Shown one piece after another: positions 39,607 through 50,000 of a stretch of 64,000 bases of DNA. The notes beneath the pieces were generated by a model, which saw only the letters and a program-made list of their open reading frames with translations, ran no database searches and was not told where the DNA came from. The position numbers were made by a program, and so were the translations under genes. The stretch covers positions 119,786,001 through 119,850,000 of the forward strand of contig CM059432.1 in NCBI GenBank assembly GCA_030390025.1. Reading direction: 5' to 3'. Origin of the DNA: Squalus acanthias. Lineage: Eukaryota. How positions within the stretch are numbered: the first letter of the stretch is position 1; the number at the start of each line of letters is the position of its first letter.

Positions 39607-41491
39607 ATGACTGCTCCTAGAACAAAGGCTGCTCCCCGCTTTGATGATGACTCCCTCCATGTTTTTGTGGAGTGAGTGGTGCAAGAAGGTCCTGGTCCCT
39701 TCGAAAGGAAGGAGGAAGCTTCCTCAGCAAACCAAGGCAGCCTGGCTGCAAATTGCTGAGGAGGTGAGTGCGAGGTATGTCTGTACATGCACCTGGGTTC
39801 AGTGTAGGAAGAGGTTCAATGATCTCCTACGTTCAGCAAAAGTGAGTAATGCTTAACTTCATCTGCTGTGCCTGTCTTCACATCCCCATCAATCTACATT
39901 GCCAGCCCTACACCTGCACATACTAACTCACCCCAACATCTCTTGCACCGTCACCCATCCCTCTCTCCCTATGTACAGAATCACATCCCCATCTTACTAT
40001 GCACCCCTCACACTCACTCTCACTGTTATGCCATGACAACAACTAACAACTCACAAGGAGGGAAATTGGTATTGGCACCTCACTCCATCATAGTCTCCCT
40101 CCGAATATCTATCCTATCCATTCTTTACACTCATTCCAGCACTCTCACTAAGACTGCACTTCTGTCCCTCATTGCAGGAAGAGAGATCCCACAATAAAAG
40201 GGAGAGGGAGAAAACAGGAAGAGGCAGCTCACCCACGCTGAGGAGTCAGCTCTGGACATTGTTGGAGGTGCTGAGGAGCTTGAAGTGGGGGATGGAGAGA
40301 TGGGCTCAGCCGAACAACCTGGTGACAGAAATATTTTCCAAACATCTGATTTGTCATTCAGGAGTGACTGATATGGGATCTGATGTTCCTAGAGATTGAG
40401 GGCTAATTACTTGCACAAGGGAATGTGTTTGCAACCAATATATGACATGTCTAAATCATGTCTTTACTCTCTCACAGGACCATCAAGAGCCCCCCTCCCT
40501 ACTGTCCAGGAGGAAGAGCAGGAGGACTCCTCAGAGGATCCTCCAGACTCTGAGGGAGCAGCATCAGCAGAAATGAGCACACCCAGCACCAGCGCAGAGA
40601 CGCACACCTCGGTGGGTCCAACGCGAGATAGAGTAGTGTTGTCACCTGGTGTATCACAACTCACAAGTGAGCAAGAGCAGATGGTGGAGACAGGGACAGC
40701 AGTGGAGAGTCCTCGTCGGAGGCCACAGGGCACTCCTAGCTCTGCTCAGCGGCATGCAGACGCTGAGCCTCGCGGGCCATCCAGAAAGAGAGCGGTGCTG
40801 GAACTTCAGGAACAAGTGCAGGAGGCTCTGAGTGGGTTTTCAACCACGGTGACTGTGAGTGTGTAGGAATGGAGGAGTCCATCTCAAATAAGAGCAGTGC
40901 CATGGTGCAGGCTCTGGCAAATGTAGGTCCTGCCATGGAAAGGATGGCCACCTCCATGGAGGACATAAATCGTCAGCCACAGGAGAACATGGTAACACTT
41001 CTAAATAGATGGTCAGCTATGAAGGATAGATGGGTATCTATCGAGGAGAGAAACCGAAGGTTCATGGACGTCCTTGTTATGAGGAATGTCAGCACAGACA
41101 CAGGTCCTCATGGCCCCACTGATGTGCAGCAAGGTGCTCTCCAGCAACTTGCTGGCAGAGAAGTGCGGGTGACCCATGAGAGGGATGGTGGTGGAAGGGG
41201 AAATGGAAGTAGAAGCTCCTCTCCAAGCGCTCACACTTCTATCCCATTGCCAACCCCTCAGTCAGAGCCCCAGATGCCTCCCCCAACAGAGATGGCCGAG
41301 TCTGCCCCTGCACAGCCGCAGGAGGAGCAGACTTTGGCGGGGCCCTCACAGGCTCCACGACCCAGAGGATGGCCGCCAAAGGCGTCTAAGCAGGCGCAGC
41401 AGTGAAGTGAGCAAACGGACTCTGTATTTGCTGAAGCCACAGGGGAAGCACCTCGAAGAAGCACGCGTAAGAGAAAGCTAACACACAAATA
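39607..41491 (+). pseudogene. Harbinger C Myb/SANT (trihelix) gene, 3 exons (~39607-39841, 40178-40321, 40478-41491)
   Basis: APRF..AWLQIAEEVSA..WVQCRKRFNDL; GT-AG introns; disrupted frames. Confidence 0.8.
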
Positions 41492-41779
41492 GTCACAAGG
41501 GTAGTCACTTGGGTGCTTTCATATTAATCAGTGTAATGTTTGTGTTCTTTTATTTTATTGTATTAAAGTGATGCCATGAGAATGTTTCAATGCGTTGCCC
41601 TATGTGTGCTCACAATTGGAGGTGGCACAGCGAGGGGTGAGGGCGCCTTTCATCTGAAGCAATGGTGGTGAAAGGGCTAGGAATGCACAGTTCATTGGAG
41701 GGATGCTCTATGGTGTGGAACTGGGGCCATGCGAGCCCTCACGTGCATGTGGCAGGTACATGTAAGTGATGCCTAAAGT

Positions 41780-42969
41780 TAGTTGAATCTGGCATGGATT
41801 AGGCCATCCCTTGCCTGACGGGCAGCAATGTGCTCGCGTGCTGGTCACACTGGGTCAGCTGCCTCCTCCAGGTGTTCCTCATCTGTAACCTCATTCGGCT
41901 CTTCCTCCTCCTCCTCCTCCTCTGAAGAGACTGTGCGCTGTGCAACCTGTTTCTCAGGCAGTGCTAATCCTTGTTGCAGTGCGATGCTGTGCCGGGCACA
42001 GCAGACCACGATGATTTCGTGACCCTGGCTGGTGCATACTGTAGGGCTCCACCAGATCTGTCCAGGCATCTGAAGCGCATTTTGAGCAACCCTATTGTTT
42101 GCTCAATGACACTTGTGGTGGAAATGTGGCTCTGTTTGTAGTGCTCCTCTGACTCGTTTGATGGCCTCCTCATCGGCGTCATTAGCCACATTTTCAGGGG
42201 ATAGCCCTTGTCTCCAAGGAGCCATCCGGAAAGGTCGTTTGGAGGAGCAAAGAGCTGAGGCACAGTGGACTGGCGCAGGATGTGGGAGTCATGGCAGCTG
42301 CCAGGGTACTTTGTGCACACATGCATGATGCTCTTCCTATGGTGCTGGGTTGTAATGAGGTGCCCTGATAGCCACATGGGTGCAGTCGATGATGCCTTGC
42401 ACCCGTGGAAAGCCAGCCAGATTGACAAAGCCTAGCGCCCGCGTGGTAACACTTGCTTCATCAGTTGAATAGTGGATGTAATTGGTGGACTTTGCAAAGA
42501 GGGCGTCGGTGACCTGCGTGATGCATCTGTGGGCGGCCGACTGGGAGATGCCACTAATGTCTGCTGCTGATCCCTGGAAGGACCCTGGCACAAAGAAGTT
42601 GAGTGTGGTGGTGACTTTGACAGCCACTGGTAAGGATTGTCCACCTGCTCCTCTGGGCTGCAAGTCTTGGTCCAGCATTGTGCAGATGGCTGCGACTACC
42701 TCTCGCGAAAGTCTCAGCCTCCTTTGGCACTGCTGCTCACTTATGTTGAGGAAGCTCATCCTCTGCCAGTAAACCCTGTGTTGGGGGTATCTCCTGCAGC
42801 GCAGGCCAGCCAAGCCCTGACAGCCTCTGGCCTGTGCAGCATTCGGCGGCTGAAGAGAAGGTTGCCGCTCTTGTTCTTGATGCTGCTGCTGTGCCTGGCT
42901 CTGCTGCTGCCATGGATTATCATCTTCCGAATCTGAGGACCAGGATGAGAGAGTGTAAATGGTTCCCAT
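41780..42969 (-). pseudogene. Harbinger C DDE transposase, frameshifted
   Basis: [38 protein letters not shown]. Confidence 0.9.
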
Positions 42970-45039
42970 TCTGCTGTTATATCTGGCAGTTTAGGATGAG
43001 ATGTTATCAGGAGTAAGTCAATGGGGAGAGAGCTTATTTCTAAGGAGGTGACAGTGCATATAGAGTTCACAGCACACACTCACAGCCTCAATACAGCTCA
43101 AAGGTCTCCTCAAAATCATGAATTCAGCAACTTTGGCCATTTGAAAATGAACTGAAGTGATAGGTAAGTTTCTATGCAGCACTTGCAGCTGTGAACTATT
43201 CAGCTCATTGGAAAACCCAACACACTCAGCTGGCGTGTTTGCCGAACGGCGTGAAACACGTTGAAAAAGTGTGAAAATGGAATTACCCTGGCAAAATAGC
43301 ATTTAGCGAGGAGTTAACAAGCTGTTAACAACCTTAAATGTCTCTCCCGCCGCTTGGTGTCAGGTCTGCTGTGAAGGCGCCTGACCCGACACTTTGGAAA
43401 GTGGCGTGGAGACGAGTTCGCGGCAGGTTCCAAACCCATTGTCAATCATTTTGGATTTAACTCCTGACCCGCCTCCGAACCCGCCCTCTGAGCGCTGGCA
43501 AATTCACGGCCATAGTTTCCTGGTTTGGTTCTATCTCCCTTTTTGAAGAGAGGAGTTACATTTGCTGTTTGCTATTCTTCTGGCACGATTCCTTTTCTAT
43601 TAAATGGCTATATATGGATACTAATGCCTCTGCTATCTCCTCCTAGTTTATTTAAGTATCTGCAGGTGCAATCCATCTGGAGAAAGGGTATTATCATCCT
43701 TAAGTATGGATACTTTTTCTAGCTATCTTAACTGTTGTAATATCCCTTTTGAATTTTTAAATATTCTCCTGATAATTATGTCATTAGCACCCCTAATTGT
43801 CAAATTAAATTACAAATGTAGCGTTAACAAGTGTGAATAATTTACATACATGCAAAATGTGGTAAATAACAAGGATACAAACAGAGAAGGCAATATAGTA
43901 AAAGGGTCACATACTTGTGCTACATCACAACATGCCAGTGATATCAGTGAGAAAATCTCATTATTAAAATGCAAACTCTGTGAACTTTGTATTATTCTGC
44001 ATGAAGAAAATTTGATGAAAAAAATTAATGTTTTGCACAATAATTTTTACAGAGGCCACAGCCTAGAAACCTAGCAAAAGCTAACCAACAGCTTCAGAAA
44101 ATCTGACAAAGCCCCCCAAAACTGCCAGGTCAGAATTTTTTCTGAATATAAACCTATGACATATGTAGATAAGTACCTATTCAATAGCTCATGAGAGGGA
44201 TTGTTCCCATTGATTGGAGGGAGCCCAATGTAGAACCATTATTCACAATGGGAAGAAGGAAGAACCGGGTAATTATAGCCTAGGTTGAGGAAGATGAGGA
44301 CAGATCGTGCACCATCGTCACAGTGACAGAGGAGGTCATTTGTGACTTTGATTAGGGCTATTTTAGTGCTATGGCACGGGTGAAATCCTGGCTGTCAGGT
44401 GGGAGTCTGCAGTGACTTACTTAAATGAGGCCCTGACGTTAAGATCGGCAGGGCCTTCACATCCCTGGGCTTCCCCGCACCATTCCCGCCTCACCATTAA
44501 TATCAGGGCCATTGTTTCCAATGTCATAACGAAACTGGCCCTGAAAATGCACATGGGGCACATCTCAGTATAAGTGCAGTAATGTGGCCATCAGATCTCC
44601 GGCGTTCACCCCGCCAAATGCGCAGCGTTAGGTGGAGGCCCCTTTATTTGCATGGTGAGCACCTGTGACACTTGGGCCACATTTAGGGCTTGTACCATTG
44701 TATCCATGCCCGAAAAATCAAGTGGAAGTGGGTCAATTGGGGCAGGAGTGTTGTGGATTTCCATCCCGCCCCCTCCCATAGAGAACGGACTTTGCTGCCC
44801 TTTGCTCTTCCTTTGGCAAGGGGATCGCACTGAAAAATATGTTTGAGAAAACAATTCAGTTCCCCTTGGGAGTTGAGGTGGACCCCAATTTCATATACAT
44901 ATCCAGGTCCCAGCCTAGTTTCTGGCTGTTCCAGCACACTCTGGCCAAGGTTACAGCAAGGCTACATGAGAATATCAGTAGATTTTCAGCCTTATTATCT
45001 GTAAAGAAAGTCTTTCAAAAGTTCAACACAACAGCATGA

Positions 45040-46088
45040 TCCTTCAAGAAGTGAAATGTAGTAAATAGTGAGGAAGATAGTAGCAGACTTCAGGAGAACA
45101 TAGACTGACTAGTGAAATGGACAGACACCTGGCAGATGCAATTTAACGCAGAGCAGCGTGAAGTCATTCATTTTGGTAGGAAGAATGAGAAGAGGCAATG
45201 GCCCGAAAATTAGACCTAATACGCGAGAGTACGCACTGTGTACTCTCGCGTTTTAGGTCTCCAATTGCCGGTTTCCAGCATGCACTGCGCATGCGCGGAA
45301 AACCGGCACTTCGTGAATTCAAAAGGGGGCGGTTCCTAGGTGAACCGCGTGCGCGCTACAGGCTGCGCGCACGCAGTGCACTTAGTGCTTTGAACGCGCA
45401 GGTAAGCATGGAAGATTTTACACATAAAGAAAGGAGGCGTAAGACCCTCTTTTAACAAGGTAAGTAGTTAATTAAGTATTATTTTAATTTTTTTTCAACA
45501 GGTTTATCTTTTTTAGAGACTTTAAAGAAAGGTAAGTTTATTTTTATAACTTTTAAAAAGATTTTAAATTTTTTCAAAAATTTAATTTTTTGTTTAAAGT
45601 TGTTAATTTATTTAACAATACTTATTTTATTAATGTGATGGCTTTTTTTTAAATTTAATTGAGGTTTAGCTGTTCTTTTGGGGGGGTATATTATTCATAG
45701 CTTTGACAGGTCTTCCTGTCAAAACTATGAATGAAAGATGGTGTGCTGCCATTGGCTCCAACTGAATCACGTGATCCCAGAGCTCGCACGAACTAACTCC
45801 GTCTCTGGGTCACGCAAGCACTGCACAGCTGCAGCCTTGAAACTAAAGTTCGTGTGGGCCCGGAGGAAAAAGGAAGGCGCGGAGTGAGATATCGCGGGGA
45901 AGCCTTACCTCAGCATCAACACTCAGTCTTTAATTTCTGGGCCAATATGAATTAAATGGTACAATTTTAAAGGGGGTGCAGGAACAGGGAGACCTGGAGG
46001 TGTAAGTACACAAATTTTTGAAGGTGGCAGGACAAGTTAAGAAGGCTGTTAAATAGGCATACAGGATCCTTGGCTTTATAAATAGAGG
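45040..46088 (+). mobile_element. CR1 RT fragment split by a MITE, the Penelope palindrome and Harbinger D (continues at 47055-47072 and 52552-52905)
   Basis: Pieces rejoin as GAGGCAATAT.. and TTTATAAATAGAGGCATAGAGTAC. Confidence 0.8.
45200..45943. mobile_element. Harbinger-type MITE
   Basis: GGCCCGAAAATT / AATTTCTGGGCC; TSD AAT. Confidence 0.85.
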
Positions 46089-46179
46089 TCATGATGCGGA
46101 GATGCCGGTGTTGGACTGGGGTGGACAAAATTGTGAGGTCGCACAACACCAGGTTATAGTCCAACAGTTTTATTTGAAA

Positions 46180-46221
46180 TCACAAGCTTTCGGAGCTATC
46201 GATTGCTCCTTCCTCAGGTGA
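46180..46221 (-). ncRNA. Minimal hammerhead ribozyme (left arm)
   Basis: TCAC-CTGAGGA-A-GGAGC/GCTCC-GAAAG-CTT-GTGA. Confidence 0.78.
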
Positions 46222-46962
46222 AGTAAATTAGATACAGAATCGCCAAAGCATATATAGATAGAAAACAAAGCATGTGTACCTTACAATTGCAGACCACTAA
46301 ATTAAATCATCCTGACTATCTGCCGAGGTGTGATAAAGTTAATTAAGTCAGCCAGGAAGGTACCACATCAAAGACATAGCAAGATACAACTGAGACAATG
46401 AGGTGTAGTCGCAGGGGTTCTAACGTGTCAAAAGCTGCCGTCTGTATGTAAAACGAAAAGCTTTAAAATGTTTACTTTTTTACTGGGAAAATGTTTACTT
46501 TTTTACTGGGAATCACATCTGTGAACAAGCTAATGACGACTCGAGTCCGGATCACGTCATGTATCGTGACATAAACCCAAGATCCCGATTGAGACCTTGG
46601 GTCTTGGGTTTATGTCACGATACATGACGTGATCCGGACTCGAGTCGTCGTTAGCTTGTTCACAGATGTGATTCCCAGTAAAAAAGTAAAAATTTTCCCA
46701 GTAAAAAAGTAAAAATTTTAAAGCTTTTCGTTTTACATACAGACGGCAGCTTTTGACACGTTAGAACCCCTGCGACTACACCTCATTGTCTCAGTTGTAT
46801 CTTGCTATGTCTTTGATGTGGTACCTTCCTGGCTGACTTAATTAACTTTATCACACCTCGGCAGATAGTCAGGATGATTTAATTTAGTGGTCTGCAATTG
46901 TAAGGTACACATGCTTTGTTTTCTATCTATATATGCTTTGGCGATTCTGTATCTAATTTACT

Positions 46963-47004
46963 TCACCTGAGGAAGGAGCAATCGTTAGCTCTGAAAGCTT
47001 GTGA
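46963..47004 (+). ncRNA. Minimal hammerhead ribozyme (right arm)
   Basis: TCAC-CTGAGGA-A-GGAGC/GCTCT-GAAAG-CTT-GTGA. Confidence 0.75.
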
Positions 47005-47072
47005 TTTCAAATAAAACTGTTGGACTATAACCTGGTGTTGTGCGACCTCTCAATTTTATAAATAGAGGCATA

Positions 47073-50000
47073 GGGCTAAAAATTGGATATGGCCAGAAAA
47101 CGGGCGGCGCCATGCAAATAAAGGGACCTCCACCTTCCGCTGCGCCAGGTCAAAATGGTCCAGGTAGCACACAGAATTCCTGCTCAGTCCTCATTAACAT
47201 GATTATAGTGCTGATCTCAGTGCTAACACTGCTGCTCATTGGCTTAATGCTCAACAGGTGGGCCAATATTGGGTCCAGTCTAATTCCCAGTCATGTTTTG
47301 CACAGGCTTTATTCAGTACTTAAAGGGGAGGTGCATTGATGCTACAGCACCTCATTGTCAATCCAGTCTAGAAGCAGACTGCAGTGGAAGCAGATGGCTG
47401 AGCCTCAGCACAGGGAGAGAGCCTGAAGATTTTCAGACGCAGCTCTGGAGGTACCAGTGGTGGCCGTGGAGAGGAGGCAGTGCTATCTTCCCGCAGACTG
47501 ACAGGAAACCATCTGCCCATACATCCAGAATGCTTTGGCAGGACATAGCCAACTATGTGGCGGCCAGCACTGTGGTCCCCTGGTCGTCGATCCAGTGCCA
47601 CAAGAGCTTTAATGACCTCATATGGCAGGTCAATGTGAGTAAAGGCTTCAGCCAATGCCATATCCCACCATCTGCACCACAAGCCTCACACACTGCTCAA
47701 TGCACTACACCCCCAGCACTCACCTACCAACAATCTCTACCTATCACCACTCAGACCTCACAATCAGAGCTTTACTTCACCCTCACTGCTGCAACACTCA
47801 CACCCACATCTCACACTTTGCACATACTGACAGCTATTCAACTATGGCAGGCACATCACCCAAACACATTGACACACTTCCCTTTCTTTTGCAGACCAAG
47901 GTCACGCATAATCAAAGAGAGCAGCAGCAGACACATGAGGGGCAAACTGCCATGCAGGACCTCAAACAACTGGAGGAGCGAGTGCCTGAAATCATTGGGC
48001 GGCAAGTCATGGAGGCCGTAGCAACCGGCAAGGTTGAAGCCCTTGGGGACAACAACGGTATTCTCATTCCTAATCCTTCTTCTCAAATCCCACTTCCCTC
48101 TCATCTCACAATCTCTTCTCACTTTCAAGCTGCTGATGCTGTATGCATGGATATCTTGCTTTCCCCCCCGCCATTCCTCTCTCCATAATCTGACTCTTGT
48201 GCATTTCTACTTTCAGATAATCAAGACCAGGCACGAGACCAGCCTGTCCCTGAGCCATTGGAGCAGAGTGAGGGGGGAGAAGTAGAAGAAGCATCACTGC
48301 ATCTGTCACTCGCAGAGACCAGCTCAGAAACTGGCACTGCGCGTACTTTAGAGGCTAGTGTAGAAGCAGGATCTGCACAGGGTGAGGCACCGGGCACGAG
48401 TGGGCTGCAGCAAGGCCAGGGGGACAGGGTAGCTTGGGAGGTCAGCTCCCGGGAGGGTGAGTTCGCGCAAGTTCTGCTGCACAGGACTCAGATGGGGGCT
48501 CAATGGGGCAGCCTTCATAAGAAGAGTGATGGGCATTCACACCAAATTGCTAGGTGCAATGGCAAACCAGCCAGACAGACATTTGGCAACGTCAAGGAGC
48601 ATGGAGGAGTCCACCACCAACACTGCACGGGGCGTTGCGCAGAGCTTGGAGCCCAGGATTTCCAGGCTGGAATTAATGACAACTCTCGGAGAGACCATAT
48701 CGACCCAGACATGATGCTGCGTGTGATGGGCGATGTCACGGCTGCCATTGCAGCACAGGCGGAAGCAACCCAACATCTTAGTGCTGCAGTGGAAGCGCAG
48801 ACCACTGTCCTGCAGTCTCAGCTTTCTGCCACACAAGATCAGACTGCTGCCAGCGTCGCTGGGTCTACCACTCTCAACCGGGGCTTGCAGGGTGTCGCAG
48901 CAGTCCAGTAATCTGTGCTCCAACTGATTGCTAGGAATGCTGAGGCGCCATCCTGGGGGAGTGGCAGTGGGTCAGTGGATCAGGACCCTGCTGTCCTCTC
49001 TCAGGATGACAGCATTCCTGTTCCCACACTGCCACTCCACCAGTGCCCTTGCCACTACCTGTCAGCCAGCCAGCCCAGACTGCTGCCGCCCATGTCAAGG
49101 TGGTGCAGTCTACAGCCGCGCATTCTATTGCCGGAGCTGCTTAAGGTCATCCTGCAAGGTCATCTGAAGTCTCCCCCATGGAAACTCAGCAGCCTTCCAC
49201 CAACCATTTTGCAGCTACTGGGGGGAGCACTTCGTAGGAGCATTAGAGTAGGTAAAGGCACACCAACGACAGGCATTAAGGGAATGCACAAGGGTGATTC
49301 GTTGATATCATATGCGTAAATTGATTGTTGATAAATTTAATAATTTTGTTTTGAATCTTTTGTGGCATCTCTCATTTCAGCTTTGCACCCAGAAAGACGC
49401 TGTGACATCCTTGACCCTGACAGAGGGATGGTATGATGGGGATGTGATGAGCGTCGGGGATCTGGAGTTTCATTCATTGGAATTGGAGTCTGATGAGGCA
49501 TTTATGGACAGCCCGTCTGGAAAGGGGATTGGCTGCCTGCCTCCTCCCTTACTCCTCGTCCTCTTCCCCTTCCTCCTTCTCCTTCTCCTCTCCCCCACCC
49601 TCCTCCTGAGGTGGTCCCGCAATCCCTGGTGGCAAGGGCTGGGCCCTCATGATGGCTAAGTTGTGAAGCATGCAGCAGACCACCACGAAATGGGACACTC
49701 GCTCCGTCGAGTACTGGAGGGCTCCTCCCAAGTGCTCAAGGCAGCGGAACTGCTGCTTCAGTAGCCGGATGGTCTGCTCAATGATGTTCCTGTGAAGGGA
49801 TAATTACTAGTCCTAGCCCTTTTTGGGCCAACCCGGATCAGGCGTATTCCACAGACGTTCACTTTCAACTAAAGTTAGAGATAGCCGAATCTTATAAGAT
49901 GCTTAATTGGGTCTAAAGGTTCAGACTATCTTTCCCTAAAGGAAAGGAACAACTTGAAGATGTTACCATCCTCCAGATAGCACTTTTAATAAGGTTAACT

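Larger units (their letters stand above)
39349..43511. mobile_element. Harbinger copy C (different family), complete two-gene layout, inserted in a decayed CR1
   Basis: TIRs GGGCTGGATTTT / AAATTCACGGCC; TSD ATA (39346-39348, 43512-43514). Confidence 0.9.
46089..47054. mobile_element. Inverted (palindromic) 5'-truncated Penelope-like insertion
   Basis: Arms 46127-46582 and 46602-47057; centre encodes a PLE C-terminus GLNRDLGFMSRYMT*; TSD TTTATAAATAGAGG (46075-46088, 47055-47068). Confidence 0.9.
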
